Assembly (NCBI GenBank): GCA_964578305.1
Contig: CAZOCM010000002.1
Span: 958 to 64,957, forward strand
Direction: 5' to 3'
From: an uncultured Candidatus Saccharibacteria bacterium
Lineage (GTDB): Bacteria; Patescibacteriota; Saccharimonadia; Saccharimonadales; UBA4665
DNA length: 64,000 nucleotides
The notes under the pieces were generated by a model. It saw only the letters and a program-made list of their open reading frames with translations. It was not told the origin of the DNA and did no database searches. Shown here in pieces: positions 27,461-37,870 of the stretch. A program made the position numbers and the translations under genes. How positions within the stretch are numbered: position 1 is the first letter of the stretch; each line of letters opens with the position of its first letter.

Positions 27461-28759
27461 ATGGCAATTGACAATAAAAGTAAAAACAGCGATCAACAAC
27501 CCGATAGCTATTCTGTTACTAGTAACTCGTCATTAAATAGATTTCCAGTAGATAAATTAAATAATCTTAAGTCAACAAGTATTAAATCTATAAATCCAAA
27601 AAATTGGAAAGCAGTAACATTTATTATTATTGCTATTATTTTAGCTTTTGTCAGTGGGTTTGGAGGCGCATTGATTGAGAAACATTCCTCAAAAAACGAT
27701 GTTACAGTTGGAAGTCTAAGCAAACAAAAGAAGATAGTAACTAGTGAGAGTGAATTAATAAGTCAAATTGCTAAAACTGTTGGTCCCAGCGTTGTAAGTG
27801 TAAATGTAGACATAAGTTCGAATTCTTCAAATAACGTTGATATTTTTGGAAATAATATCCCACAAAGTCAACAAGCTGAAGGAACAGGCATAATAATATC
27901 CTCTAGTGGGCTAATAGTCACAAATCGACACGTAGTACCCGAAGGAACGACTAATGTCAGCGTTACTTTAAGTGATGGTACAGAGTTAAAAGATGTATCA
28001 TTAGTTGGCAGAACTAATAGTAACGATAGTTTAGATGTTGCATTTCTAAAAATAAAAAATGCCAATGGCCATAAACTTACTTCTGCTGTTGTCGGTGATT
28101 CTTCTTTAGTTCAAATCGGAGATTCCGTAGTTGCAATAGGAAATGCTTTAGGTCAATTTCAAAACACAGTAACTAGCGGGATTATATCCGGCCATGGTAG
28201 AAGTATACAAGCAGGTGATCCATCAGGAACAAGTAGTGAAAATCTCGATAATCTGTTCCAAACAGATGCCGCAATCAATGAAGGAAATTCAGGTGGACCA
28301 CTAGTTAATCTTAACGGGCAAGTTATAGGTATAAATACAGCTACTGCTGGCGGTGCCCAAAATATAGGCTTTGCTATTCCCATAAACAGCATTAAAGGAC
28401 TAATAGATCAAGTTTTAAAAACAGGTAAATTTGCTAGACCTTATATTGGAGTTAGGTATATACCTTTAACGCCAGATATAGCAAGCCAGTTTAATCTCGG
28501 AGTTAATAATGGAGCGTATCTAGCACCAAGTAATGATCCTTCAAGTCCGACGATTTTACCCGATAGTCCTGCAGATAAAGCTGGACTCAAGGAAAAAGAT
28601 ATTATAGTCGCTATAAGTGGTACAAATATAGATGAAACTCATGACCTTACTAGTCTAATAGATAAATATAAGCCAGGTGACAAAATTACTCTAACAATAA
28701 ATAGATCTGGGTCCACAAAACAAATCGATGTTACTTTAGGATCAGAACCAAGCATCTAA
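27461..28759 (+). CDS. htrA: HtrA/DegP-family serine protease with PDZ domain
   Basis: TM anchor, catalytic TNRHV (His) .. D .. GNSGGPL (Ser), and a C-terminal PDZ (SPADKAGLKEKDII). AAAGGAG SD upstream. Confidence 0.9.
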   Translation: MAIDNKSKNSDQQPDSYSVTSNSSLNRFPVDKLNNLKSTSIKSINPKNWKAVTFIIIAIILAFVSGFGGALIEKHSSKNDVTVGSLSKQKKIVTSESELISQIAKTVGPSVVSVNVDISSNSSNNVDIFGNNIPQSQQAEGTGIIISSSGLIVTNRHVVPEGTTNVSVTLSDGTELKDVSLVGRTNSNDSLDVAFLKIKNANGHKLTSAVVGDSSLVQIGDSVVAIGNALGQFQNTVTSGIISGHGRSIQAGDPSGTSSENLDNLFQTDAAINEGNSGGPLVNLNGQVIGINTATAGGAQNIGFAIPINSIKGLIDQVLKTGKFARPYIGVRYIPLTPDIASQFNLGVNNGAYLAPSNDPSSPTILPDSPADKAGLKEKDIIVAISGTNIDETHDLTSLIDKYKPGDKITLTINRSGSTKQIDVTLGSEPSI

Positions 28760-28886
28760 TAAAATAAATTATTTATTCAGAAATAAGGCTTAAATTATTA
28801 AAAAGTGATGTTATTTAAGATCATAATCGAGTGTAATTATATATTAATTTATTATTTTCGATACTAGAATAATTAGCAATTTAACT

Positions 28887-29720
28887 CTATTTCGTATATT
28901 TAAATAGTGATATAAAACTTTGGTTCTCGATTAAAAGATAATCATTTCGTAACGCTATATTCATCAACTTGTTTAATTGAGAAGGTAAACACTCTGTTAT
29001 TATATACAACGGTTTTGAGTATCGATCTATTAATTGATTGAATAATTTTCTATAAATATTTAAACCATCTTTACCACCAAAAATAGCTAGCGGAGGTTCA
29101 TGCAATGCTTCGTCGTTTATTTCGAAATCATCTGGAACATAGGGGAGATTACAAGTAAGGAGATTGTATATTTTGTCAGAATTATTCAGCAGATCAGAAT
29201 GTATAACGTTTATGTTTAATGTAAAGTTATCAACGTTATATCTCGCTACTTTTAGTGCTTCAGAACTAATATCTATTAGATCAACATTAATATCAGGTTG
29301 CTCTAATTTAACTGTAATTCCGAGTGCTCCTGAACCGGTTCCTACATCACCAACTGAAAATAAGTGACCTTTTTTTGCATCCTTTTGATAATTTAAGTAG
29401 ACAGTTTTTGTTAATTCAATTATTAATTCGGACTCAGGCCGGGGTATTAATACATGTTCGTTGACTAAAAAATTATACCCATAAAATTCTTTTGAATTAA
29501 TAATGTAACTTATAGGTTTTTTAAGTAATCTTTGTTTGAGTAAATAATTTAATTTATTTAATTGTAATTTTTTTAAATTAATTTCCTGATTTGAAAGAAT
29601 CCAGACCTTGTCTTTTTTTAATACAAATTCTAAAAGTATTAATATATCCAACCTTGCTGATTTTATGTTAGATTTTTCAAGTTTTATTTTAGATTCAATT
29701 AAATAATCGTATATTCTCAT
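28887..29720 (-). CDS. prmC: Release-factor glutamine N5-methyltransferase (PrmC/HemK)
   Basis: SAM motif DVGTGSGA. Lies directly downstream of prfA and abuts it. The catalytic tetrapeptide reads NLPY instead of NPPY. Confidence 0.85.
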   Translation of the reverse strand: MRIYDYLIESKIKLEKSNIKSARLDILILLEFVLKKDKVWILSNQEINLKKLQLNKLNYLLKQRLLKKPISYIINSKEFYGYNFLVNEHVLIPRPESELIIELTKTVYLNYQKDAKKGHLFSVGDVGTGSGALGITVKLEQPDINVDLIDISSEALKVARYNVDNFTLNINVIHSDLLNNSDKIYNLLTCNLPYVPDDFEINDEALHEPPLAIFGGKDGLNIYRKLFNQLIDRYSKPLYIITECLPSQLNKLMNIALRNDYLLIENQSFISLFKYTK

Positions 29721-30776
29721 TTACGATTTGTTTAAAAGTTCGAATTCAGCAGCTTGGAGTTTTTCAATTAAATCATCTATTTGGCCATTTAAAGCACCGT
29801 CTATATTAGATCTAGAGTAATTTATCCTATGATCAGTAATTCTATCTTGAGGCATATTATATGTTCTTATTTTTTCAGATCTATCTCCAGAACCAATTAA
29901 TTTACGCCTAGCTTCAGAAAGTTGTTTCTGATCTTCTGCAATTTTTAATTGTAATAGCCTAGATCTTAATATACTCATAGCTTTTGCTTTATTTTTAATT
30001 TGAGATTTCTCGTCTTGATTCGCGACGACTATTCCCGTAGGGGAGTGTGTTATTCGCACAGCTGAATCGGTTGTGTTTACACTCTGTCCACCATGCCCGC
30101 TGCTCCGATAAACATCAACTCTAATATCACCAGGATTTATTTCAACGTCTTCTTCATCAGCTTCGGGTAAAACTGCAACTGTAACTGTAGAAGTATGTAT
30201 GCGACCTTGACTTTCGGTTGTTGGAATTCTTTGTACACGATGTACTCCTGCTTCAAATTTTAAATTTTTATAAGTGTCTTGGCCGCGCACAAAGAAAGAT
30301 ATCTCCTTGAATCCACCTACTTCATTAGGTGATTCGCTATTAAGTTCAATTTTATATCCATGATTCTCCGCCCATTTTGAATACATACGAAATAGCTCAG
30401 CCGCAAACAAACTAGATTCATCACCACCAGCGGCGGCTCTTATTTCTATTATTACATCTCTTTCGTTATTAGGGTCAGAAGGTGTGATAAGCTCTAAAAT
30501 TTGACTCTCTACATCTTTTAATCTTAAATTTAATTTTTCTTCCTCAGCGCTAGCTAATTGTTGCATTTCTTCATCTGGTGATGATTTTAATTTTTCAGCA
30601 TCGTACTTGTCTTTTACAATTTGATATTTCTCATCAAAAAGTTTAACTATATCTTCAAGTTTATTTTTTTTACGAGCTAATTTTGGGTATTCGCTGTTGC
30701 TAAAAATATTTGGATCGGATAATTTTTCATTAATTAGTTTTAATTCTTGTCGAAATTCAGATTCTTTATTTTCCAT
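29721..30776 (-). CDS. prfA: Peptide chain release factor 1
   Basis: GGQ (SGHGGQSVN) and the codon-recognition region RIPTTESQGRIHTS (PxT type). Confidence 0.95.
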   Translation of the reverse strand: MENKESEFRQELKLINEKLSDPNIFSNSEYPKLARKKNKLEDIVKLFDEKYQIVKDKYDAEKLKSSPDEEMQQLASAEEEKLNLRLKDVESQILELITPSDPNNERDVIIEIRAAAGGDESSLFAAELFRMYSKWAENHGYKIELNSESPNEVGGFKEISFFVRGQDTYKNLKFEAGVHRVQRIPTTESQGRIHTSTVTVAVLPEADEEDVEINPGDIRVDVYRSSGHGGQSVNTTDSAVRITHSPTGIVVANQDEKSQIKNKAKAMSILRSRLLQLKIAEDQKQLSEARRKLIGSGDRSEKIRTYNMPQDRITDHRINYSRSNIDGALNGQIDDLIEKLQAAEFELLNKS

Positions 30777-30803
30777 TGCTGACTTAAAGTAATATCTTGT
30801 AAG

Positions 30804-31163
30804 TTAAGACTTAGTCAATTTAGCAGTTGTCTTTTTAGATTCTGACTTATCAATTTTAGTTTTAGCTCTAGTCTCAATTTTTTTAGCTTTGGCAGCTCTT
30901 TTTTCTTTTGCAGCTTGACCGGCAGCAGCACGTGCTTTAAATTTATCAACTCTACCTTCAATATCTAAAATTCTTTCCTCGCCAGTATAAAAAGGGTGAG
31001 ATGCACTTGTTATATGGACCTTAATAATAGGGTACTCTTGACCGTCCTCCCACTTAATAGTTTCTTCGCCAACTGCTGTTGATCGAGTTAAAAAACGAGA
31101 ACCATTATTCAAGTCTTCATAGACAACAAATCTATACTCTTTTGGATGTAAGTCTTTTCTCAT
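30804..31163 (-). CDS. rpmE: 50S ribosomal protein L31, type B (Cys-less), with a Lys/Ala-rich C-terminal extension
   Basis: The N-terminal RKDLHPKEY and SHPFYTG motifs are present and CxxC is absent. The tail is about 45 aa and basic. Confidence 0.85.
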   Translation of the reverse strand: MRKDLHPKEYRFVVYEDLNNGSRFLTRSTAVGEETIKWEDGQEYPIIKVHITSASHPFYTGEERILDIEGRVDKFKARAAAGQAAKEKRAAKAKKIETRAKTKIDKSESKKTTAKLTKS

Positions 31164-31353
31164 AATATGGCTTTTAATTATACACCTCTGTTAAATATAG
31201 GTCAATCTTCTTGAATAATATAAATATTGCCAAATTATTAAAGTGTTGCTAAAGTGTTAAGAAGTCAATATTAATCAAGTTAGGAATTAAATCCTCCTAA
31301 TTGACACCTCGAGAGGAACAATTAGGTATCTTAACTGAAGTGAAAGGACGAAT

Positions 31354-32091
31354 ATGGCTACCAAAGAGGTAGATATTAAACAATTGCTCGAAGCTGGAGC
31401 TCATTTTGGTCACAAAACAGAACGTTGGCATCCTAAAATGGCGCCATATATTCATAGTAAAAGAAATGGTGTACACATAATTGATTTAACCAAAACTGTA
31501 AATAAACTTGAAGATTCATTAGATTTTTTAACAAAAGTTGCATCACAGGGTAAACAGATATTATTCGTAGGAACAAAAAGACAAGCCAAAGAAGCGGTTA
31601 AGAAAGCTGCCGAAGAATGTAAAATGCCTTATGTTACAGAGCGCTGGCTTGGAGGAATGTTAACTAACTGGAACACAATAGGTGGGCGAGTAAAACATCT
31701 GCAAGATCTTGAAAATAGGATGGCTAGTGGTGAATTAGCAAACAAATACAGTAAGCTTGAAGTGCAAAGGTATCAAGAAGAAATTGATCAACTCAATTTA
31801 CTTTATAGTGGTATAAAAGAATTACATAAGAAACCTGGTGCGGTCATAGTTATGGATATAGTAAATGACTCAAATGCAGTTAAAGAAGCAATTAAACTAG
31901 ATGTACCTGTTGTTGGAATTGTAGACTCAAATGGCAACCCTTCAAATATAAATTATCCTATTCCAGCAAACGATGACGCAATTAAAACTATAGATTTATT
32001 TTTAAGTTATTTTTGCTCAGCAATACTTGCTGGTAAAAAAACTGTGAAAAAAGAATTACCTAAGGAAACAGCTACGGAAAGTAAAAAATAA
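31354..32091 (+). CDS. rpsB: 30S ribosomal protein S2
   Basis: LLEAGAHFGH, VHIIDL and FVGTKRQA motifs. Followed by tsf. Confidence 0.95.
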   Translation: MATKEVDIKQLLEAGAHFGHKTERWHPKMAPYIHSKRNGVHIIDLTKTVNKLEDSLDFLTKVASQGKQILFVGTKRQAKEAVKKAAEECKMPYVTERWLGGMLTNWNTIGGRVKHLQDLENRMASGELANKYSKLEVQRYQEEIDQLNLLYSGIKELHKKPGAVIVMDIVNDSNAVKEAIKLDVPVVGIVDSNGNPSNINYPIPANDDAIKTIDLFLSYFCSAILAGKKTVKKELPKETATESKK

Positions 32092-32684
32092 TGAGCGTAG
32101 ATATCGAATCAATCAAGAAATTAAAGGATTTAACTGGCGTTGGTTTAACTGATGCCAAAAAAGCTTTAGAAGAATCGAAGGGAGATTTTGATAAAGCATT
32201 AGCTGCAATGCGACAAAAAGGTCTGACAAAAGCCGAAAAGCGTGGCCTAAAAGAAACAAGAGCAGGTGTAATTGGTACATATAATCACGACAATAGGATA
32301 GGAGTTTTAATTGAAGTTAATTGTGAAACTGACTTTGTCGCTCGTAATGATATCTTTAAAGAATTAGTAAAGGATATAGCGATGCATATAGCTGCCTCTA
32401 ACCCAATTTATGTTAGTTATGAAGATATACCGAAAATAGAAATTAAAAAGGCAGAAGAAGAATTTAGAAAATCAGAAGAAATAAAATCTAAACCAAAAGA
32501 AATACAAGATAAAATTATCAAAGGCCAAGTTGATAAGTACTTCCAAGAAAGATGCTTGAAAAATCAACCTTTCGTTAAAGATTTAAATAAAAATGTTGAG
32601 CAGTACATAAAAGAAACTTCAGCAAAATTGGGTGAAAATATTGTCGTTCGAAGATTTACAAGATATGGTATCGGTGAACTTTAA
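32091..32684 (+). CDS. tsf: Elongation factor Ts (short form)
   Basis: The N-terminal UBA-like segment is LKDLTGVGLTDAKKALEES. The start overlaps the rpsB stop (ATAATG). Confidence 0.9.
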   Translation: MSVDIESIKKLKDLTGVGLTDAKKALEESKGDFDKALAAMRQKGLTKAEKRGLKETRAGVIGTYNHDNRIGVLIEVNCETDFVARNDIFKELVKDIAMHIAASNPIYVSYEDIPKIEIKKAEEEFRKSEEIKSKPKEIQDKIIKGQVDKYFQERCLKNQPFVKDLNKNVEQYIKETSAKLGENIVVRRFTRYGIGEL

Positions 32685-32729
32685 TATACCAATTTAGCAG
32701 TTACAAAATTTAGCATTATACTATTTAGA

Positions 32730-33293
32730 ATGACAATTCAGACTTTAATACAAGATATAACAAATAGTTTAACTCAAGTAAAAGAACGTTTTGAAAATAA
32801 TTTAAAAAGTATTCGATCTGGCAGAGCAAATGCTAGCATCTTAGATAATGTCATGGTTGAAGCTTACGACACTAAAATGCCATTAAAACAAGTTGGTAAC
32901 GTAGTCGTAATGGAAGCACAATTAATTCAAATCACACCTTTCGACCCAAATAATTTGAATGCCATAAGTACTGCCATTAGAAATAGTAGTGAATTAGGTC
33001 TTAACCCAGCTGATGATGGTAAAGTTGTTAGAGTGCCAATCCCACCACTAACTGAAGAAAGAAGGCAAGAGCTATCAAAGCAAATCGGTCAGAAGCAAGA
33101 AGAAACTATGATAAGCATTAGAAATATAAGGCACGATGCGATTGATCTTATAAATACTAATAAAAAAGATAAAAATATCGGGGAAGATGAAGCGAAAAGA
33201 CTTATTAGTCAAGTTGAAGAAAAAGTTAACAAAATTAAATCAGAAATCGAAAATCTATCAAAGACAAAAGAAAATGAAATAATGACACTTTAG
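32730..33293 (+). CDS. frr: Ribosome recycling factor
   Basis: LKSIRSGRANASILD and VPIPPLTEERR motifs. Confidence 0.95.
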   Translation: MTIQTLIQDITNSLTQVKERFENNLKSIRSGRANASILDNVMVEAYDTKMPLKQVGNVVVMEAQLIQITPFDPNNLNAISTAIRNSSELGLNPADDGKVVRVPIPPLTEERRQELSKQIGQKQEETMISIRNIRHDAIDLINTNKKDKNIGEDEAKRLISQVEEKVNKIKSEIENLSKTKENEIMTL

Positions 33294-34399
33294 TTTGGTG
33301 TTGTTATAACAGTAGTTCCAATCGGAGCCCAGTTATATACCCATGCTGCCTCGCTATCGGGTAAACCAACACATCCATGAGAACTATTGTGTACACCAAA
33401 CCAACTGAGTGGATGCCAGTATACACCGTGAATAGCATCTGCTCCACTAAAGTAATCAATCCATTCAACATTTGGTTGAACATATTTAGTCCCATTTGGA
33501 TTATAACCAGACATTGTTTGCAGCGGTAACTTTTCATAAATATGAAATTCGCCTATTGGAGTAGGTGTTGCAAATGCACCTGCACTGACAGGGTAACTTT
33601 TTATTAGCTGCCCATTCTGATATATGAACATATTTTTACTATTTACATCTACAACTATTAACTTACTAAAAGACGTAGGTGTAATTGATTGAAAGGGCAT
33701 GCTTACTAAAGGGGCGTTAATTTGAAAACCGTTATTGCTGAATATATTTTTAGAATACTGTTGAATTTGAGCAACGATATTTTGGGAATTCTCAAAATTA
33801 GTACCATTTTTTCCCCAAACTACTGTTTCGTTTGTTCCATTTGATCTAGTAATTTCAACTTGATTGACTGGTGAAGAAGTAAATTGGTTAGCAAATTGCA
33901 TAATAGTAGATGACATTAATTTTGAGTTAAGCTGAACACCAACATGGGCGGAATTTTTATTGTTAGTTACAACAATCCATTTTTTTAGTAGATCTGGACT
34001 TAAAGGTACAACATTTGATCCCAAATTTAATTTAACTTGTTGATTTTCATACTGATTTAACCACGTTGACCACATATTTTTTTGAATTGAAATGCTAAGC
34101 CCAGATATATGAGCGTGTTTAGATAAAGGAGTTGATCTAATGAGAAGTTGACTTGAAAGCTGATTTAAAATTAAAGTTCTGGCAGCTATAGCAATAAATA
34201 TTATAGATAGAAGTGCAATTACTAAATAATTAGAATATAAAAAATCATTTAATTTATTTGTTTGTGTAATTTCAGAAAAAGATCTTCTGACTTCAATAAA
34301 ACTTTCATCAGTGGTAAAAGTTACAGGTATAGCTACCGAAGGTGAATATGACTCAATAGCTAAGTTACCTAAATTTAAGTTTATTTCTTTTGTTGACAT
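33290..34399 (-). CDS. L,D-transpeptidase (YkuD domain), membrane-anchored
   Basis: C-terminal catalytic HGV..SHGCVGL motif and an N-terminal TM segment. Confidence 0.85.
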   Translation of the reverse strand: MSTKEINLNLGNLAIESYSPSVAIPVTFTTDESFIEVRRSFSEITQTNKLNDFLYSNYLVIALLSIIFIAIAARTLILNQLSSQLLIRSTPLSKHAHISGLSISIQKNMWSTWLNQYENQQVKLNLGSNVVPLSPDLLKKWIVVTNNKNSAHVGVQLNSKLMSSTIMQFANQFTSSPVNQVEITRSNGTNETVVWGKNGTNFENSQNIVAQIQQYSKNIFSNNGFQINAPLVSMPFQSITPTSFSKLIVVDVNSKNMFIYQNGQLIKSYPVSAGAFATPTPIGEFHIYEKLPLQTMSGYNPNGTKYVQPNVEWIDYFSGADAIHGVYWHPLSWFGVHNSSHGCVGLPDSEAAWVYNWAPIGTTVITTPN

Positions 34400-34561
34400 C
34401 TCTAACTCATGGCTTTTTGAGCTGTTTTTCTCTCATCTCAATATTTTTGTTTGACTACATCTTAAAGCTTAAGCTAATTATGTTTTCATTGCAATCAAAA
34501 AAGAATAATACGATAACGATTACAGCCAACTTTAACGTTGGCTTTGTTACAATTATTCAAT

Positions 34562-35776
34562 ATGTCAGCTTTTTTGTTTGTTTTAGCAATCATTTTATTT
34601 ATAAGTTTAGTAGTCGTTCATGAGTTCGGTCATTTTATAGTTGCCAGAAGAAACGGTGTGGAAGTCGAAGAGTTTGGCATATTCTTCCCACCCCGACTTT
34701 ATAAAAGAAAAATGAAAGGTGGCTGGATTTTCTCTATTAATGCGATCCCACTTGGAGGTTTTGTCAAATTAAAAGGTGAGCATGATAGTGATACTGACAA
34801 AGGCTCATTTGGTGCGGCCAGTTTATGGGTTAAAAGTAAAATTATGGCAGCCGGTGTTTTTATGAATTTAATAACTGCCTTAGTTATGCTGACAATCATT
34901 GGGTTCATTGGTATTCCGAATTTAATTCCAAATCAATATAAAATAGCTGGTGACACAAAAACGTCTTCCAAAAAAGTCTTAATTACAGATGTTGAACCTG
35001 GTTCACCAGCCGCTAAAGCCGGACTTAAAGCCCAGGATCAAATTATTTCAATTAAACCCAGCGATGGTCAATCAATACCAATTACGAGTGCAGATAAACT
35101 CCCTCAAATAACAAAAAGTTTAGCCGGTAAAAATGTTGTCATAGATTATGTTAGAAATAATTTTCATTTTTCTGGCAATACAACACTATTATCAAACAAT
35201 GTGGTGCAATCATCTCAACAAAAATATAACCAAGCTATAAATTCAACCAAATTAGATTGCACAAGTGTTGCTTTACCTAAGGGATATTTAGGTATTTCAA
35301 AAATTCAATATGAACTTCAGAAATCGTCATGGTCATCACCAATCATGGCTTTAGGACTTTCAACCCAAGTTTCAATACTGACTTTTCAGGGGCTTGGACA
35401 TGCCATCGGTGGACTTGGTAGTCTCATTGCAGGAGCATTAACAGGTAATTCAACAGCAAGATCAAATGGGCAATGCAATGCATCAAGCCAAGTAGCTGGT
35501 CCATTGGGCATTTTCTTTATTCTTAAGGACGGAAGTCATCTAGGTATAAATTTCACACTTTTTATAATCGCAATTATTTCCTTAACCTTGGCTCTTATGA
35601 ATATATTACCCATTCCAGCTCTTGATGGTGGCAGACTTTGGATTACTTTAATTGCACATGCTTTAAAAAAACCACTTGATGCCAGAAAAGAAGAATTAAT
35701 TAATGCTACAGGATTTTTTGTTTTAATAAGTCTAGTGATTCTTATAACAATAGTTGATGTCAAAAGATTCTTCTAG
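34562..35776 (+). CDS. rseP: RIP site-2 metalloprotease (RseP/M50 family) with PDZ
   Basis: HEFGHF in TM1, a PDZ (GSPAAKAGLKAQDQII), and NILPIPALDGGR. The ATG at 34562 is preferred over the TTG at 34538. Confidence 0.88.
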   Translation: MSAFLFVLAIILFISLVVVHEFGHFIVARRNGVEVEEFGIFFPPRLYKRKMKGGWIFSINAIPLGGFVKLKGEHDSDTDKGSFGAASLWVKSKIMAAGVFMNLITALVMLTIIGFIGIPNLIPNQYKIAGDTKTSSKKVLITDVEPGSPAAKAGLKAQDQIISIKPSDGQSIPITSADKLPQITKSLAGKNVVIDYVRNNFHFSGNTTLLSNNVVQSSQQKYNQAINSTKLDCTSVALPKGYLGISKIQYELQKSSWSSPIMALGLSTQVSILTFQGLGHAIGGLGSLIAGALTGNSTARSNGQCNASSQVAGPLGIFFILKDGSHLGINFTLFIIAIISLTLALMNILPIPALDGGRLWITLIAHALKKPLDARKEELINATGFFVLISLVILITIVDVKRFF

Positions 35777-36521
35777 CAATAAAGACGAAAAGTGGACACC
35801 TTGGGTAGGGTTAATTTTGGGTACTTTTATACTTTATGTCGCACAAATAATTGTCGGGATTGTTTTTTCCTTTTACCCATTAATTAAACACTGGAATAAT
35901 GCTCAAGCATCGGACTGGTTAAGTAATTCTGTTTTTGTCCAATTTAGTTTTATCTTTGTAGCCGAAGCTCTAGCTTTATACATCGTATTACTTTTTTTAA
36001 AAAATTTTAAGATACCGTTTAAAGATATAGGATTAAGAAAATTTAAAATAACTGATCCGCTATTTGGAGTATTAGGATTACCAGTTTATCTTTTTATTTA
36101 CTTTATTGTATTGTCTACGGCAATTCATTTAGATAAATCTCTAAATATTAATCAAAAACAACAAATCGGATTTAACAATGTACATGGTGGAGTAGAGATA
36201 CTACTGGCTTTTATTAGTCTTGTAATCTTTCCTCCAATAGCCGAGGAAATTATTTTTCGAGGCCTTATTTATAGAAGCCTAAAAAAAATCGCACCACTTT
36301 GGATCGCGGTTATACTAACAAGTTTGTTATTTGCTTTCCCGCACTTACTCGAGAGTACTTCGAGTAAACTTTTATTTATTGCCGGTCTAGACACTTTTTC
36401 ATTAAGTCTCGTCCTAATATATTTAAGAGAAAAAACAAATGGACTTTACGCCAGCATGACACTTCATGCTTTAAAAAATACCATAGCTTTTACCGCTTTA
36501 TTTGCTCTACATCTTAGCTAG
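35757..36521 (+). CDS. CPBP-family intramembrane glutamic endopeptidase (CAAX protease-like)
   Basis: EEIIFRG, FAFPH and LHALKN motifs within a polytopic membrane protein. Overlaps the rseP 3' end by about 20 nt. Confidence 0.8.
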   Translation: MSKDSSSNKDEKWTPWVGLILGTFILYVAQIIVGIVFSFYPLIKHWNNAQASDWLSNSVFVQFSFIFVAEALALYIVLLFLKNFKIPFKDIGLRKFKITDPLFGVLGLPVYLFIYFIVLSTAIHLDKSLNINQKQQIGFNNVHGGVEILLAFISLVIFPPIAEEIIFRGLIYRSLKKIAPLWIAVILTSLLFAFPHLLESTSSKLLFIAGLDTFSLSLVLIYLREKTNGLYASMTLHALKNTIAFTALFALHLS

Positions 36522-36538
36522 GGTATAATTCGGTTTAT

Positions 36539-37795
36539 ATGAAAAGGACTGAACTATTTACAAAGACCAATAAGTCTTTACCTGCGGATGAAACTTCTAA
36601 CAATGCCAAGCTTTTAATAAAAGCTGGTTTTATTCATAAAGAATTGGCAGGAGTATATGCCTATTTGCCGCTTGGTTTAATCGTAATTGAAAAAATAAAA
36701 AAAGTCGTTCGCGAAGAAATGATTAAAATTGGTGGTCAAGAACTTTTAATGACTAATATACAGAGAAAAGATCTATGGCAAATAACTGATAGATGGGATG
36801 AAAAACAAGTAGACATATGGTTTAAAAGCAGACTACAGAATAAGTCAGAAATTGGACTTGCATGGTCACACGAAGAACCTATTACAGATATGATGAAAAA
36901 CTTTATTTCTAGCTATAGAGATTTACCTGTAAGTGTATTCCAATTTCAAACTAAACTTCGTAATGAATTAAGAGCCAAGAGTGGAATATTAAGAGGTAGA
37001 GAATTCATTATGAAAGACATGTATACATTTGCTAGCAGCGATGAAGAACATGAAAAAGTATATAAAAAAATCTCTGATTCCTACTTAAAAATATTTAGTC
37101 GCCTAGGATTGGGTCCAACAACTTTTTTAACTTATGCCTCAGGTGGAGCATTCACTAAATTTAGTCATGAATTTCAAACTCTGACTGATGCTGGTGAAGA
37201 TGATATATACCTAGATTCAAATAAAAAATTAGCAATCAATAAAGAGATTTACAATGATAAAATTGCAAAAAATCTTGGGTTAAATACTAAACAATTGGAA
37301 CTTGTAAAAGCATCGGAAGTTGGTAATATTTTTAGTTTTGGACAACAAAAAACTAGACAACTTGGGTTAAATTTTACAGATAATAAGGGACAAGCTAGAG
37401 ATGTCATATTAGGTAGCTATGGAATTGGAATTACTCGATTAATGGGCGTTATAGCGGAATTATTCTCCGATGCAAATGGTCTTATTTGGCCTTCCGTAGT
37501 TGCACCAGCTCAAGTATATCTAATAGCTATATTAACGGATAATAACGTGAAAAAAATCACAGATACACTTTACAGGGACTTGACATCAGCTGGAGTTGAA
37601 GTAATATATGATGACCGTAATATTAGACCTGGTGAAATGTTTGCTGATGCAGATCTGATAGGAATTCCTAATAGAGTAGTAGTAAGCGACAAGACATTAG
37701 CTAAAGGAAAATTCGAATGGAAAGCTAGACAAGGCCAACAATCGAAGTTACTTAATAAATCACAATTGCTAAAAATCTTAGACGAAAACAATTAA
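36539..37795 (+). CDS. proS: Prolyl-tRNA synthetase (short form without the large editing insertion)
   Basis: Class II core with the typical N-terminus (LLIKAGFIHKELAGVYAYLPLG) and a C-terminal anticodon-binding domain. Confidence 0.88.
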   Translation: MKRTELFTKTNKSLPADETSNNAKLLIKAGFIHKELAGVYAYLPLGLIVIEKIKKVVREEMIKIGGQELLMTNIQRKDLWQITDRWDEKQVDIWFKSRLQNKSEIGLAWSHEEPITDMMKNFISSYRDLPVSVFQFQTKLRNELRAKSGILRGREFIMKDMYTFASSDEEHEKVYKKISDSYLKIFSRLGLGPTTFLTYASGGAFTKFSHEFQTLTDAGEDDIYLDSNKKLAINKEIYNDKIAKNLGLNTKQLELVKASEVGNIFSFGQQKTRQLGLNFTDNKGQARDVILGSYGIGITRLMGVIAELFSDANGLIWPSVVAPAQVYLIAILTDNNVKKITDTLYRDLTSAGVEVIYDDRNIRPGEMFADADLIGIPNRVVVSDKTLAKGKFEWKARQGQQSKLLNKSQLLKILDENN

Positions 37796-37870
37796 GTTTT
37801 TGATATAATGTTGGCCAATAAAATATTCGGGAGTAAGTGACTTTTCTCATAGAGAATAAGGAGATAATTG

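Noticed and set aside
34390-34623. 77-aa ORF upstream of and overlapping rseP
   Set aside because: It has no RBS and a hydrophobic low-complexity translation. It overlaps the divergent promoter region and the real rseP start.
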